A DNA stretch of 64,000 bases from Eubacteriales bacterium. GTDB lineage: Bacteria > Bacillota > Clostridia > Oscillospirales > CAG-382. The position numbers and the translations under genes are program-made. The stretch spans positions 7,795-71,794 of the forward strand of contig JAZQIW010000071.1 of assembly GCA_045541355.1 (NCBI GenBank), read 5' to 3'. The first letter of the stretch is position 1; every line of letters starts with the position of its first letter. Shown one piece after another: positions 9,250 to 18,985 of the stretch. The notes under the pieces were generated by a model. It saw only the letters and a program-made list of their open reading frames with translations. It made no database searches and was not told the origin of the DNA.

Positions 9250-12200
9250 ATGAGAACAAAGAAAATCTTGACAGTAGTGCTTGCGATAGCAATGCTGCTC
9301 CAGACATTTGTGATTTCAGGATTTGCGGTAGACACAAGCGGTTTTATCGATTTTCCCGATGACTGGTCAACAGAGGCTATGACAGCCGCAGTTGAAAACG
9401 GTCTTTTGGAGGGAACAAGTCCTAACACAATTGAGCCGTCAAAGAAGCTTACAAGAGCAGAATTTGCGGCATTTATCAGTAGAGCCTTCGGAGCCACAGT
9501 AGAGGGCGACATCAAGCACTTCAAGGATGTAAGTAAGGACGACTGGTTCTACTCCTCCGTAGCAAAGAGCTACCAGATGGGAGTTATGTTCGGAACCGGC
9601 GCCGACACATTCTCACCCAATGCTTACATGAAGAGAGGCGATGTGTTCCTCAGTATCGCGAGACTTCTTTTCGTAAGCAATGAGGACACAAGCGTGCTCG
9701 ATGAATTTTCCGATAAAGATAAGATTGACTCATGGTCTGTTCAGGCAATAGCCGGTCTTGTACATGAGGGCTACATCTCGGGTTACGAGGATGGCACACT
9801 CAAAACAAATAACAATATAACAAGAGCCGAGCTTGCTCAGCTGTTCCACAATATGTTTTCTACATATATTAGTGAACCCGGTGAGTATACGAGCGTTGCA
9901 AAGAACGGTTCTGTTGTAGTAAGAAGCGAAGATGTAATTCTTAAGGACGTAACTGTTAACGGCGACCTTATTATCGCAGACGGTGTCGGCGACGGTGACT
10001 TCACACTTGAAAATGTTGAAGTTCTCGGCAAGATTATCGTTCGAGGCGGTGAAGGTACAGTTTCCTTTGTTGGCGTTGAGTCAAAGGGTAATGTAATTAT
10101 CAATGACGTAAACGGCACGGTTAACTTCCATAACTACCGTACAGACGTACCCTTCTTTGAAAACCTTGTTGAAAATACACGTGCAATCTTCCTTGAAAAG
10201 GTTGATGATCAGGAAATCAAGCCCAGTACCTCCGGCAGCAGTGGCAGTGGCGGTGGCGGTTCTTCCTCTTCCACAAAGAAAACCCTTATATTCGAAATTG
10301 ATGACCGCGGTGATGACATAGAAAAGGTAACACTTAAGAATTCTCCCGGTTATGTAATTACATATGACGATGTTCCCGACATTGATGAGATTGATGAAAC
10401 CTTCCTCGGTTGGGCAATCGTAAACGGCGGCAGAGTCGGCTCGATTGTTAATAACGGTTTCTTTGTAGACAGGACTCTCCGTTCGGTAGTTGGTTCGGCA
10501 GTAAATAAAAAGACATACAGCGCTATTTATGAATACACCGTAATCTTCCATACCGATGACGGTGATGTTGAAGAAATCAAGGTTAAGTCCTACGAGCGTA
10601 TCGATGAAGATGATATTCCCGAAACACCCGCAGGTATCCAGATAGGCTGGACAAGAAACGATAACCTTGAAGATCCCGATGAAAACTATTCCGAAATCAC
10701 AAGCGAAGAGCTTGCTGATGATGCACTCATTGATATCCTCGATGATTTTGATATAGAAAAGGGCGAAAGAGTTCTCGAGCTCTATCCTGCATATAAGGAT
10801 TACAGTGTAAAGTTTGTTGACTATGAAGAAAACGAGCTTGAAACATATACAATTGTTGGCAGACAGACTCTTGATGAAGTTCCTTCTCCTTACCTTCTCG
10901 GCTATGACCTTCTCGGTTGGTCGCTTGAAAAGGTTGATAAGGACTCTGCAGATAACGCATCTGCCGTAGACTTCACAGAGGATGAGCTCCTTAACACTAA
11001 TGTTGAAGACATCGATGACGGAGATACAAGCATTGTTCTCTATCCCGTATACGGTGCTAAGACATATAACATTACATTCACACGTAACGGCGAAACAATC
11101 GGCACAGCAAGCAAGAAGGCAAACACAAAGCTTGAAGAGGCTGAAGTTCCCGTAGCAGCAATTCCCGGTTGGAGCTCAGACGAATGGGTTTGGGTATTCA
11201 ACGGCACACCTTATACAAACGATGAACTTTTAAATACAAACGTTGAAGTTCTCTTTGAAGAGGTTGATAAGGACTATACAGGTACAATTGAAGTAGAACT
11301 TTCCGCAACAATGGAAGCTCTTACATATGATGTTACATTTAAGTATGTAATTGACGGCAACGAAACAATTGTAGCTACAATGGAAAAGATTGCAGGTACA
11401 GTTCTTTCCGCACCCGGTGAAGCAGAAGTTGAAGCAACCTCAATCGGTTATGACTTTGAAAGCTGGCAGTACGGTGCAAAGACACTTTCACCCGAGGATA
11501 TTTCAGCAGACGTAATCGAAAAGGTATTCCTTGAAGATTATGCGCCTGTTCTCGTTGCAAATCTGGTAGCTAAGACATATTCTGTTAAGTTTATGGACGG
11601 CACCGATGAAATTGGCGAAGATTCTGCAGAGGCAGGTAACGTTCTTGAAAATGTTCCCGATGCTTCAAAGGTTGGTTATGACTTTGAAAACTGGACATAT
11701 AACGGCGAGGATGTAACCTCTGACGATCTTGAAAATAAGAACGTTGAAGAACTCTTCGGTAATGATACAGAGCCTTCTCTCGAGGCGGTTTATACACCTT
11801 GGACATACGAAATCACATTCGTAGACGGCGCTGATGAAATGGGAACAGATACAGTGGTTGCAGGCAATAAGGCTGCAAACGTTCCCGAAACAGATAAGAC
11901 AGGTTATACATTTGTAGGCTTCACATACGGTGGTGAAGATATTACAGATGCACTTGAAAACGATGTTGTTGAAGACATCTTCGGTGAAGAAACAGCACCT
12001 GTTGTTGAAGCAGTTTATACACCCTGGACATACGAAATCACATTCGTGGACGGCGCTGATGAAATCGGTTCTGATTCAGTTGTTGCAGGTAATAAGGTTG
12101 TAAGCATTCCCGAAACAGATAAGATGGGCTTTACATTCGTAGGCTTTGAATTCGACGGTGAAGATATTACAGACGCACTTGAAAATGATGTTGTTGAAGA

Positions 12201-15200
12201 TATCTTCGGCGAAGAAACAGCACCTGTTGTTGAAGCAGTATACGAAGCTTGGACATACGAAATCACATTCGTAGACGGTGCTGATGAAATGGGAACTGAT
12301 ACAGTGCTTGCAGGCAATAAGGCAGCAAATGTTCCCGAAACAGAAAAGACAGGCTTTACATTTGTAAAATGGACATTCGACGGCGAAGATATAACAGACG
12401 CACTCGAAAACGATAATGTTGAAGATATCTTCGGCGAAGAAACAGCACCTGTTGTTGAAGCAGAATACGAAGCTTGGACATACGAAATCACATTCTATGA
12501 TGATGACGAAGTAACTGTTCTTGATACTATTACAATTGAAGCAGGTAATGTTATAGACGCTATGCCCGAAGATCCCGACAGAATGGGTTATGATTTCGCA
12601 GCATGGTGGTATGACGGTGAAGTAATTTCCGGTGTTACTCTTCTTAATTATGAAGTACAGGAAATCTTCGGCGAAGAAACAGAGCCTGAGATTTTCGCAA
12701 GTTACAGCCCTTGGCTCTATACAATTAACTTCTATGAAGATGCATCAACTCTTCTTGATACCGTAGAAATCTATTCCGGCAATAAGATTGCATCTGTTCC
12801 CGAAGTTGACGTAGAAAATATGACCTTCCTCGGCTGGTCCGAAACAGAAGGTGCAACAAGTGCAGAATATACATCTGATGAACTCGTTGCTGATAACGTA
12901 GAAGCTCTCTTCGGCGAAAAGACAGAGATTGACTTCTATGCAGTATTGGCAATGGAAGGCGACGGCTTCCTCACAGTTGAGCATTACTTTGAACAGCTTG
13001 ACGGTTCTTATACACTTGAAGAAACCGATCCCGATGAAGAAGTTCTTGCAGGCGGTACAGCAGTTGAGGCTGTTGACTATGTAATCGAGAGCGAATCTCA
13101 TGAAGTAAATCTTCTCCATGCAGATAACGTGCTCACAGGCACTATCACTTCCGGTGCAACAACAACACTTAAGCTCTACTATGACCTTGTAGAATACGAA
13201 CTCTACTTCTATGATATGGGTGAGCCAATTCATGATGACCCCATCATGGTTAAGCACGGTTCAACATTTGCAGACTATGAAGACGAAATCGCCGATACTC
13301 TTGACGGTTATTCCTTGTGGTATGAAATCGGTTACGGTAAGAGCTATGATGATGTTTACGTAGAAAATAACGTATCCGAAGACGGTTACGGTGATGAACT
13401 CGACGAAGAAAACAACCACGCAATCCACTATAACTGGTATATTGCAACGATTGACGGCGAAGAGTTCGAGTACGAAGAAATTATAAGAAATGAAGAAAAT
13501 GAACTCGAAACAATCGGCACCTATTCCGATTATGCAGAAGACTATGTATTCACAAGAAATACAGATGTTTATGCAAAGGTCAAGGATTTAATCGTAATTG
13601 TTGAAATGCCCGAGCTTGTTGAAGGCGAACAGCTTACACTTCATATTCCTTACGAGGATGATACAAGATTTATCGACTCAATCCGTGACGGTGTGTTCTA
13701 TAATGCACATGTTACAGACTTTGTTGACAGACTCAAGCTTGAAGAAAAGATTATGACAAAGCTTGAAGATGCAAACCTTGTTGAACTCAGCGAGGATGAT
13801 GAGTACGAAATCAAGAATGTCAACTCCTTCATGGTAGAATTCTATAAGATGATGGGCGGCAAGGAAGCGTTTGCTGAATGGCTGTGGGACATCGTTGAAG
13901 ACGAAGTGAAGAATGAGCTTAACGATGAATGGCTTGAGATTTATGAAGAAGTTAAGGATGGCAGAGGTTCAGAAGAGGCACTTCGTGATTTCTTCGAATA
14001 CGGTAATGAGCACTACGATGGAGTGGCTCCCGCCGATGCCGTTGCAAAGTATTATGCATCCGAACGCTTCGTTGAAGAAGCAACTCATGATGAAGAATTT
14101 GCAGTAACCAAGGATAATGAGTTTATTATGCTCAAGGTTGATGAAAAGATTTCTTCACTCAGATACATCGATGATGTTATTAATGAATATGCAGGCGACA
14201 GAATTCCCGAGAGACTTGTTGATAAGCTTCCCAAGGAAGAGCTCAAGCATGTATACGAGCGTGAAGTTGAAGAATTCCTTGTTTCACTTGAGGATGCCAT
14301 TGATCATGCTCATGCAACAGGCGAAGAAGTATATGTGGAAAGCGGTATCGTATTTGACGTTAACCTTGTAGAGGATCTTCTCATTCCTCTCTATGACTAT
14401 GCAGTTAATATGCATCAGGATGTTGTTGATAAGACAATTGAATCCGATAGAAGAGAAGCAGAAATCTTTGCAAAGATTTACTCTAAGAATGATTACGCAC
14501 CCGGCCTTGTAGCATTTGCAGATCCTGAAGAATACCTCACAAAGGTAGCAGACAGAGACAGAACAGACTCTACAAGCGGTTATAAGATTCGCGCGTTTGC
14601 TGAAATCTATGAAGAAGTTCTCAAACCCGCAAGCGTTCAGACGGCAGATGCACTTCTCTGGATTGCAGATGCAGATGCAAGCGGTATTGACTTTGACAGT
14701 GATATCCGTCCTAAGTTTGAGGATAATAAGCATATCATAATCAGCGTTAATAACCACCTTCTCTCAATGTCTGAAGACTATGCAGAAAACGGATTCCCCG
14801 AAGACCTCAATGTTTACTATGATGACCTTGTTTCCAATGAATACATTGAAAAGGCACTTGAAGGTAAGCTTCCCGACGGTATTCAGGGTTACATTGAAAA
14901 GCTTGTTAATAATAATATCGTTGAAAACGTATTCGTGAGAATTCTCAATAAGTTCGGCGTTAAGGGCGAAGCTCTTCTCGGTCAGATGAACGGCAGAGTA
15001 GTTAAGGAGCTTGATGAAGAAACCTTCGATGAGTACCTTGATGAAGTATCTCTCGCATTTGAGGAAAGCGACGAAGGCGTTGTTAACGGTAAGATGACAA
15101 CAGACCATGTAATCGGTAAGATGGAATCCAAGATTGATGAAGAAAACAGCCTCAAGGGTGTAAATGTAATATATTACAGAACTCTTGCAGACTCGGCTCT

Positions 15201-15204
15201 CTAA
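9250..15204 (+). CDS. giant cell-surface protein with signal peptide, three N-terminal SLH domains, at least 11 Listeria-Bacteroides (Flg_new)-type modules and a long acidic helical C-terminal region
   Basis: Second ATG (9250) is better spaced from agagagga. Signal peptide MRTKKILTVVLAIAMLLQTFVISGFA. SLH signatures (TRAEFAAFISRAF, KRGDVFLSIARLL, TRAELAQLFHNMF). Repeated Y.V.F...G..........GY.F.GW modules. Confidence 0.85.
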   Translation: MRTKKILTVVLAIAMLLQTFVISGFAVDTSGFIDFPDDWSTEAMTAAVENGLLEGTSPNTIEPSKKLTRAEFAAFISRAFGATVEGDIKHFKDVSKDDWFYSSVAKSYQMGVMFGTGADTFSPNAYMKRGDVFLSIARLLFVSNEDTSVLDEFSDKDKIDSWSVQAIAGLVHEGYISGYEDGTLKTNNNITRAELAQLFHNMFSTYISEPGEYTSVAKNGSVVVRSEDVILKDVTVNGDLIIADGVGDGDFTLENVEVLGKIIVRGGEGTVSFVGVESKGNVIINDVNGTVNFHNYRTDVPFFENLVENTRAIFLEKVDDQEIKPSTSGSSGSGGGGSSSSTKKTLIFEIDDRGDDIEKVTLKNSPGYVITYDDVPDIDEIDETFLGWAIVNGGRVGSIVNNGFFVDRTLRSVVGSAVNKKTYSAIYEYTVIFHTDDGDVEEIKVKSYERIDEDDIPETPAGIQIGWTRNDNLEDPDENYSEITSEELADDALIDILDDFDIEKGERVLELYPAYKDYSVKFVDYEENELETYTIVGRQTLDEVPSPYLLGYDLLGWSLEKVDKDSADNASAVDFTEDELLNTNVEDIDDGDTSIVLYPVYGAKTYNITFTRNGETIGTASKKANTKLEEAEVPVAAIPGWSSDEWVWVFNGTPYTNDELLNTNVEVLFEEVDKDYTGTIEVELSATMEALTYDVTFKYVIDGNETIVATMEKIAGTVLSAPGEAEVEATSIGYDFESWQYGAKTLSPEDISADVIEKVFLEDYAPVLVANLVAKTYSVKFMDGTDEIGEDSAEAGNVLENVPDASKVGYDFENWTYNGEDVTSDDLENKNVEELFGNDTEPSLEAVYTPWTYEITFVDGADEMGTDTVVAGNKAANVPETDKTGYTFVGFTYGGEDITDALENDVVEDIFGEETAPVVEAVYTPWTYEITFVDGADEIGSDSVVAGNKVVSIPETDKMGFTFVGFEFDGEDITDALENDVVEDIFGEETAPVVEAVYEAWTYEITFVDGADEMGTDTVLAGNKAANVPETEKTGFTFVKWTFDGEDITDALENDNVEDIFGEETAPVVEAEYEAWTYEITFYDDDEVTVLDTITIEAGNVIDAMPEDPDRMGYDFAAWWYDGEVISGVTLLNYEVQEIFGEETEPEIFASYSPWLYTINFYEDASTLLDTVEIYSGNKIASVPEVDVENMTFLGWSETEGATSAEYTSDELVADNVEALFGEKTEIDFYAVLAMEGDGFLTVEHYFEQLDGSYTLEETDPDEEVLAGGTAVEAVDYVIESESHEVNLLHADNVLTGTITSGATTTLKLYYDLVEYELYFYDMGEPIHDDPIMVKHGSTFADYEDEIADTLDGYSLWYEIGYGKSYDDVYVENNVSEDGYGDELDEENNHAIHYNWYIATIDGEEFEYEEIIRNEENELETIGTYSDYAEDYVFTRNTDVYAKVKDLIVIVEMPELVEGEQLTLHIPYEDDTRFIDSIRDGVFYNAHVTDFVDRLKLEEKIMTKLEDANLVELSEDDEYEIKNVNSFMVEFYKMMGGKEAFAEWLWDIVEDEVKNELNDEWLEIYEEVKDGRGSEEALRDFFEYGNEHYDGVAPADAVAKYYASERFVEEATHDEEFAVTKDNEFIMLKVDEKISSLRYIDDVINEYAGDRIPERLVDKLPKEELKHVYEREVEEFLVSLEDAIDHAHATGEEVYVESGIVFDVNLVEDLLIPLYDYAVNMHQDVVDKTIESDRREAEIFAKIYSKNDYAPGLVAFADPEEYLTKVADRDRTDSTSGYKIRAFAEIYEEVLKPASVQTADALLWIADADASGIDFDSDIRPKFEDNKHIIISVNNHLLSMSEDYAENGFPEDLNVYYDDLVSNEYIEKALEGKLPDGIQGYIEKLVNNNIVENVFVRILNKFGVKGEALLGQMNGRVVKELDEETFDEYLDEVSLAFEESDEGVVNGKMTTDHVIGKMESKIDEENSLKGVNVIYYRTLADSAL
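11800..12499 (+). repeat. in-frame 225-bp tandem repeats (three near-identical units plus the start of a fourth)
   Basis: tggacatacgaaatcacattc occurs at 11800, 12025, 12250 and 12475. gaagaaacagcacctgttgttgaagcag occurs three times. Encodes WTYEITFVDGADE.G.D.V.AGNK... Confidence 0.9.
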
Positions 15205-15243
15205 TACCAATTAAAGGCTAAGACACAAACTAAACTTACTACT

Positions 15244-15273
15244 TTTGAGCAGATGGGAAACCGTCTGCTCAAA
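15244..15273 (+). other. intergenic stem-loop without T-tract between the two SLH genes
   Basis: tttgagcaga-(10 nt loop)-tctgctcaaa, a 10-bp perfect stem. Not followed by a U-run, so probably a partial terminator or mRNA stabiliser. Confidence 0.4.
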
Positions 15274-15294
15274 CTGTAAGAGAGGAAAAAATTA

Positions 15295-18200
15295 ATGAAT
15301 ATTAAACGAATACTTTCGGTTGTTCTTGTTTTTGCAATGATTTGTTCGCCGATTATATCCTATGCCGATGACATTGTTGCAGCACAGACACCCTCTGTAA
15401 CCGATGCTGCAGTAACAAGTGCATCAGGTGAACAAACAACAGTAAATGAGAATAATGCACTTAAAGCAAATATTGTGTTTTCTGATATTCCTGCCGATGC
15501 CCCGTACTATGATTCGGTAAAGAAGCTTGTGGAAAACGGTGTCATTAACGGATATCCCGACGGCACATTCAAGCCCGATGGCGGCGTTACAAGAGCTGAG
15601 ATGTGTAAGATGGTAAATCTTACCCTCAGATATACCTCTACCGAGGGCGCGGTCGGTTTCCCCGATGTAACTCCGAATGATTGGTACTATTCTTATGCAA
15701 TTGCTGCACAGAAGGCAGGATATATTCAGGGCTATGAGGATTTAACCTTCAGAGCCTCCAATAACATCACACGTCAGGAAGTGTGTGCAATTCTTTGCAG
15801 ACTCTTAAAGCCCATGGATCTCGGACTTGCTGTGACGGTAAGTGATACAGTTGATGATTGGGCAAAGGAATATGTAAGACTTGTTGTTCAGAATTTTCTC
15901 ATGCCTTTGGAAGAGAATAATACCTTCAGAGCAACAGAGGTTATAAAGAGACACGAGCTTGCATCTGTTCTTTCGGGTCTTGTAATCGGACCTGTTGAGA
16001 CAATAACAGCAAATGTCAGATTTTTTGTTGACGGCACTCAGTACGGCGAAACTCAGACCTTAGCTGTCGGACTTTGTGCAAAGGTACCCGCTGATCCCGT
16101 TTCAAGCGATACAACACTGCATTTTGCAGGCTGGAGAGCAGTGGGAACAGAGGATGTTGTTGATGTTGAGAGCCTTATCGTAACGGCAGACGTCGACTAT
16201 GAGGCGGTGTTTACCGAGAAAACCCATAGCGTAAAGTTCTATAACAGAGGCCGCCTTTATAAGAACCTTTCTGTTGGTCATAAGGGCATAGTAAGAGCAC
16301 CGGCAGATCCTAAGGTTGACGGTTTTATTTTCAAGGGCTGGGCTCTTGAGGAAGACGGAGCTGTTCTTGATCTCAGACGCTTCATAATCATAGAAGATGT
16401 CAAGCTCTATGCCGTTTATGAAAAGGGCACAGAGGATGATGAGGAAGAGGAAGAAGAGGAAGAGCCTGTTTACTATAATGTAAGATTTAAGGTAAACGGA
16501 AAGACTGTTCTTACACAGGAGGTTCTTGAGGGCTCCTATCCTACGGCTCCCGATGACCCTGAGGTTGAAGGCATGAAGTTTGTCGGCTGGTCCTTGAAGA
16601 ATGGCAGTACAGACGATATTATTTCTAACTTCAGACAGGTGATTGTTCTTGGAAACCTTGATATTTATGCTGTATTTGTAGAGGACGAAGAAGAGCCTGT
16701 ATTCTTTGATGTAACCTTCCATGTTGAAGGACAGCAGAGCTTTAAACAGTCGGTGCTTGAAGGTCTTTCTCCCACACAGCCTGAGGATCCCGAAGAAATA
16801 GAGGGCAAGACCTTTGTGGGTTGGTCGCTCAGGGCAGGAAACTCAACCGATATTATCACAAACTTCAAGGATATTCTCGTTTATAAGCCGTTGGATATTT
16901 ATGCTGTGTTTGTTGAAAAGGAAGAAGAGCCTGTTTATTATGAGGTAACCTTCCATGTTGACGGCAAGACGTCTAAGCAGGAGGTGCTTGAAGGTCTTTC
17001 ACCCTCGCAGCCTGCAAACCCTGTTGTTGAAGGAAAGAAGTTTGTCGGCTGGTCGCTTAGGGCAGATAATCAGGATGATTTGATTACAAGCTTTAAGGAT
17101 ATAATTGTTCTCGGTAACCTTAATATTTATGCTATCTTTGTAGTTGAGGAAGAAGAACCGGTATTCCATGATGTAACCTTCTATGTAGAAGGAAAGGTTG
17201 CTTCAAAGCAATCTGTGCTTGAAGGTTCATCACCGACAATGCCAGGTAATCCTTCACTTGACGGATACGTGTTTATGGGCTGGTCTCTTAAGAAGGGCAG
17301 TCAGTCGGATATTGTTACAAACTTCAAGAGTATTGTTGTTAAAGCACCTGTCAATATGTATGCGGTGTTTGTTGAGGAAGAAAAAGACCCTGTTTACTAT
17401 GATGTAAACTTCTATGTTGACGGTAAGGTTGTTTCTACTCAGAGCGTGCTTGAGGGTATGTCTCCGAGAAAACCCGGTAATCCTACCTATGAGGATATGA
17501 TTTTTGTCGGCTGGTCGACAATTAAGAATAATCAGTCAGGACTTATTTCAAGCTTCTCCGACATCAAGGTGAACTCTAATATGAGTATATATGCTTTGTT
17601 TAAGGAAAAGCCTGTGTATACAGTAAGCTTCTATGTTGACGGGGTTGTTACATCCACTCAGAGAGTGCTTGAAGGCTCCTATCCTCAGAAGCCTCAGACA
17701 CCTTCGCTTGACGGCATGGATTTTGTAGGCTGGTCAACTGTAAAGAATAATATAAGCGGCCTTATTTCAAGCTTTTCAAGCATTGAGGTGACGGGCGATA
17801 TGAGTATATATGCCATATTCAACGAAAAGCCTGTGTATACAGTAAGCTTCTATGTTGACGGTAAGGTTGCCTCTACCCAGAGAATAGTTGAAGGTAAGTC
17901 TCCCGAAAAGCCTCAGACACCCGCAAAAGACGGATTTAAGTTTATCGGCTGGTCTTTAAGAAGAGATAGTAAGAATGATATCATTTCCAACTTCTCGGCT
18001 ATTTCCGTAACCTCAAATATGAGCATATACGCAGTATTTGAAGAAGAGGAAAAGGAAGAGGTTTATTATACAGTAAGCTTCTATGTAGACGGAAAGGTTG
18101 ATTCTACTCAGAGAGTGCTTGAAGGATCATCACCCGTAAAGCCTGCTGACCCCAACCTTGATGGGTATGACTTTATAGGCTGGTCAACCGTGAAGAACAA

Positions 18201-18837
18201 TAATAGCGGACTCATTTCTGATTTTTCCGATGTAACGGTAAATAAGAACATGAGTATATACGCGTTGTTTGAAGAAAAGGAAGTTGAGCTTAAATACTTT
18301 AATGTCTTCTTTAGAGTAGACGGCGAGGTTTATTATAAGCAGGAGGTGCTTGAAGGCTCCTCACCCACAGCTCCCGATGATCCGGAAAAGAACGGCGAAA
18401 CCTTTACCGGCTGGTCCTTAAGAGAAAACGGAAGCATCATAGATGACTTTGATGATATTGTTGTTACAAAGCATATTGATATATATGCGGTGTTCTTCAG
18501 TAACCCCAATTCCGATGAGCTGATTGGAATGCTTGAAAGAGGTAAGACACAGCTTAATGGCTTGAGAATGTCAAATAGCAGCCATAAGAGTGCAAGGACT
18601 GTTATTGTAAGCTGTATAGGTAAGGTTCTTACTGATGCAAAAGCCGGTATTAAGATATCAAAGAGCTATGTAACAAGAGAATATAGCTCAGACGTAAATG
18701 AGGTCAAGAGAATTGTCAACGGCATGAGCCAGACAGAGCGTTCAAACTTTGTAAATATAGTTACAAGGAATGTTGATAAGGATGTTCAGGACTTCTTGAT
18801 GGATTACTTTGATATTGATATGTCATCTATCACATAA
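15295..18837 (+). CDS. cell-surface protein with signal peptide, three SLH domains, 11 tandem Listeria-Bacteroides-type modules with poly-Glu linkers and a C-terminal helical domain
   Basis: RBS agagagga. Signal peptide MNIKRILSVVLVFAMICSPIISYA. SLH signatures (TRAEMCKMVNLTL, TRQEVCAILCRLL). Repeats of the form PVYY.V.F.V.GK....Q.VLEG..P..P..P...G..FVGWS......IYA.F. Confidence 0.85.
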   Translation: MNIKRILSVVLVFAMICSPIISYADDIVAAQTPSVTDAAVTSASGEQTTVNENNALKANIVFSDIPADAPYYDSVKKLVENGVINGYPDGTFKPDGGVTRAEMCKMVNLTLRYTSTEGAVGFPDVTPNDWYYSYAIAAQKAGYIQGYEDLTFRASNNITRQEVCAILCRLLKPMDLGLAVTVSDTVDDWAKEYVRLVVQNFLMPLEENNTFRATEVIKRHELASVLSGLVIGPVETITANVRFFVDGTQYGETQTLAVGLCAKVPADPVSSDTTLHFAGWRAVGTEDVVDVESLIVTADVDYEAVFTEKTHSVKFYNRGRLYKNLSVGHKGIVRAPADPKVDGFIFKGWALEEDGAVLDLRRFIIIEDVKLYAVYEKGTEDDEEEEEEEEPVYYNVRFKVNGKTVLTQEVLEGSYPTAPDDPEVEGMKFVGWSLKNGSTDDIISNFRQVIVLGNLDIYAVFVEDEEEPVFFDVTFHVEGQQSFKQSVLEGLSPTQPEDPEEIEGKTFVGWSLRAGNSTDIITNFKDILVYKPLDIYAVFVEKEEEPVYYEVTFHVDGKTSKQEVLEGLSPSQPANPVVEGKKFVGWSLRADNQDDLITSFKDIIVLGNLNIYAIFVVEEEEPVFHDVTFYVEGKVASKQSVLEGSSPTMPGNPSLDGYVFMGWSLKKGSQSDIVTNFKSIVVKAPVNMYAVFVEEEKDPVYYDVNFYVDGKVVSTQSVLEGMSPRKPGNPTYEDMIFVGWSTIKNNQSGLISSFSDIKVNSNMSIYALFKEKPVYTVSFYVDGVVTSTQRVLEGSYPQKPQTPSLDGMDFVGWSTVKNNISGLISSFSSIEVTGDMSIYAIFNEKPVYTVSFYVDGKVASTQRIVEGKSPEKPQTPAKDGFKFIGWSLRRDSKNDIISNFSAISVTSNMSIYAVFEEEEKEEVYYTVSFYVDGKVDSTQRVLEGSSPVKPADPNLDGYDFIGWSTVKNNNSGLISDFSDVTVNKNMSIYALFEEKEVELKYFNVFFRVDGEVYYKQEVLEGSSPTAPDDPEKNGETFTGWSLRENGSIIDDFDDIVVTKHIDIYAVFFSNPNSDELIGMLERGKTQLNGLRMSNSSHKSARTVIVSCIGKVLTDAKAGIKISKSYVTREYSSDVNEVKRIVNGMSQTERSNFVNIVTRNVDKDVQDFLMDYFDIDMSSIT
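16003..18503 (+). repeat. array of 11 in-frame repeat modules of 70-78 aa (219-231 bp)
   Basis: tatacagtaagcttctatgt recurs at 17617, 17836 and 18067. The protein-level periodicity was read directly from the translation. Confidence 0.85.
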
Positions 18838-18858
18838 AAAAGTATAAAAATAAGCTTT

Positions 18859-18895
18859 GCAAGAATATGGGGTAACACCCGTATTCTTGCTTTTT
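18859..18895 (+). terminator. rho-independent terminator
   Basis: gcaagaata...tattcttgc stem followed by TTTTT. Confidence 0.75.
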
Positions 18896-18985
18896 GTTTG
18901 CCCTTTTAATTGTTCGTAAACTGTTGCAATTTTTGAAAAAAATGGTAAAATTAAACTATATATAAAATGCGAAGGAGTATGGGAA

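Noticed and set aside
12015-12491. Ser/Thr-rich minus-strand ORFs inside the repeat genes and others (also 8205-8777, 9837-10118, 28538-28948, 46095-46583)
   Set aside because: They are antisense shadows of GA-rich acidic coding sequence. They are low-complexity and fully nested in well-supported plus-strand genes.
11800-12499. Regularly spaced repeats that could be mistaken for a CRISPR array
   Set aside because: The period is 225 bp with no unique spacers. The whole unit repeats in frame inside a long ORF and encodes a protein module. There are no cas genes.
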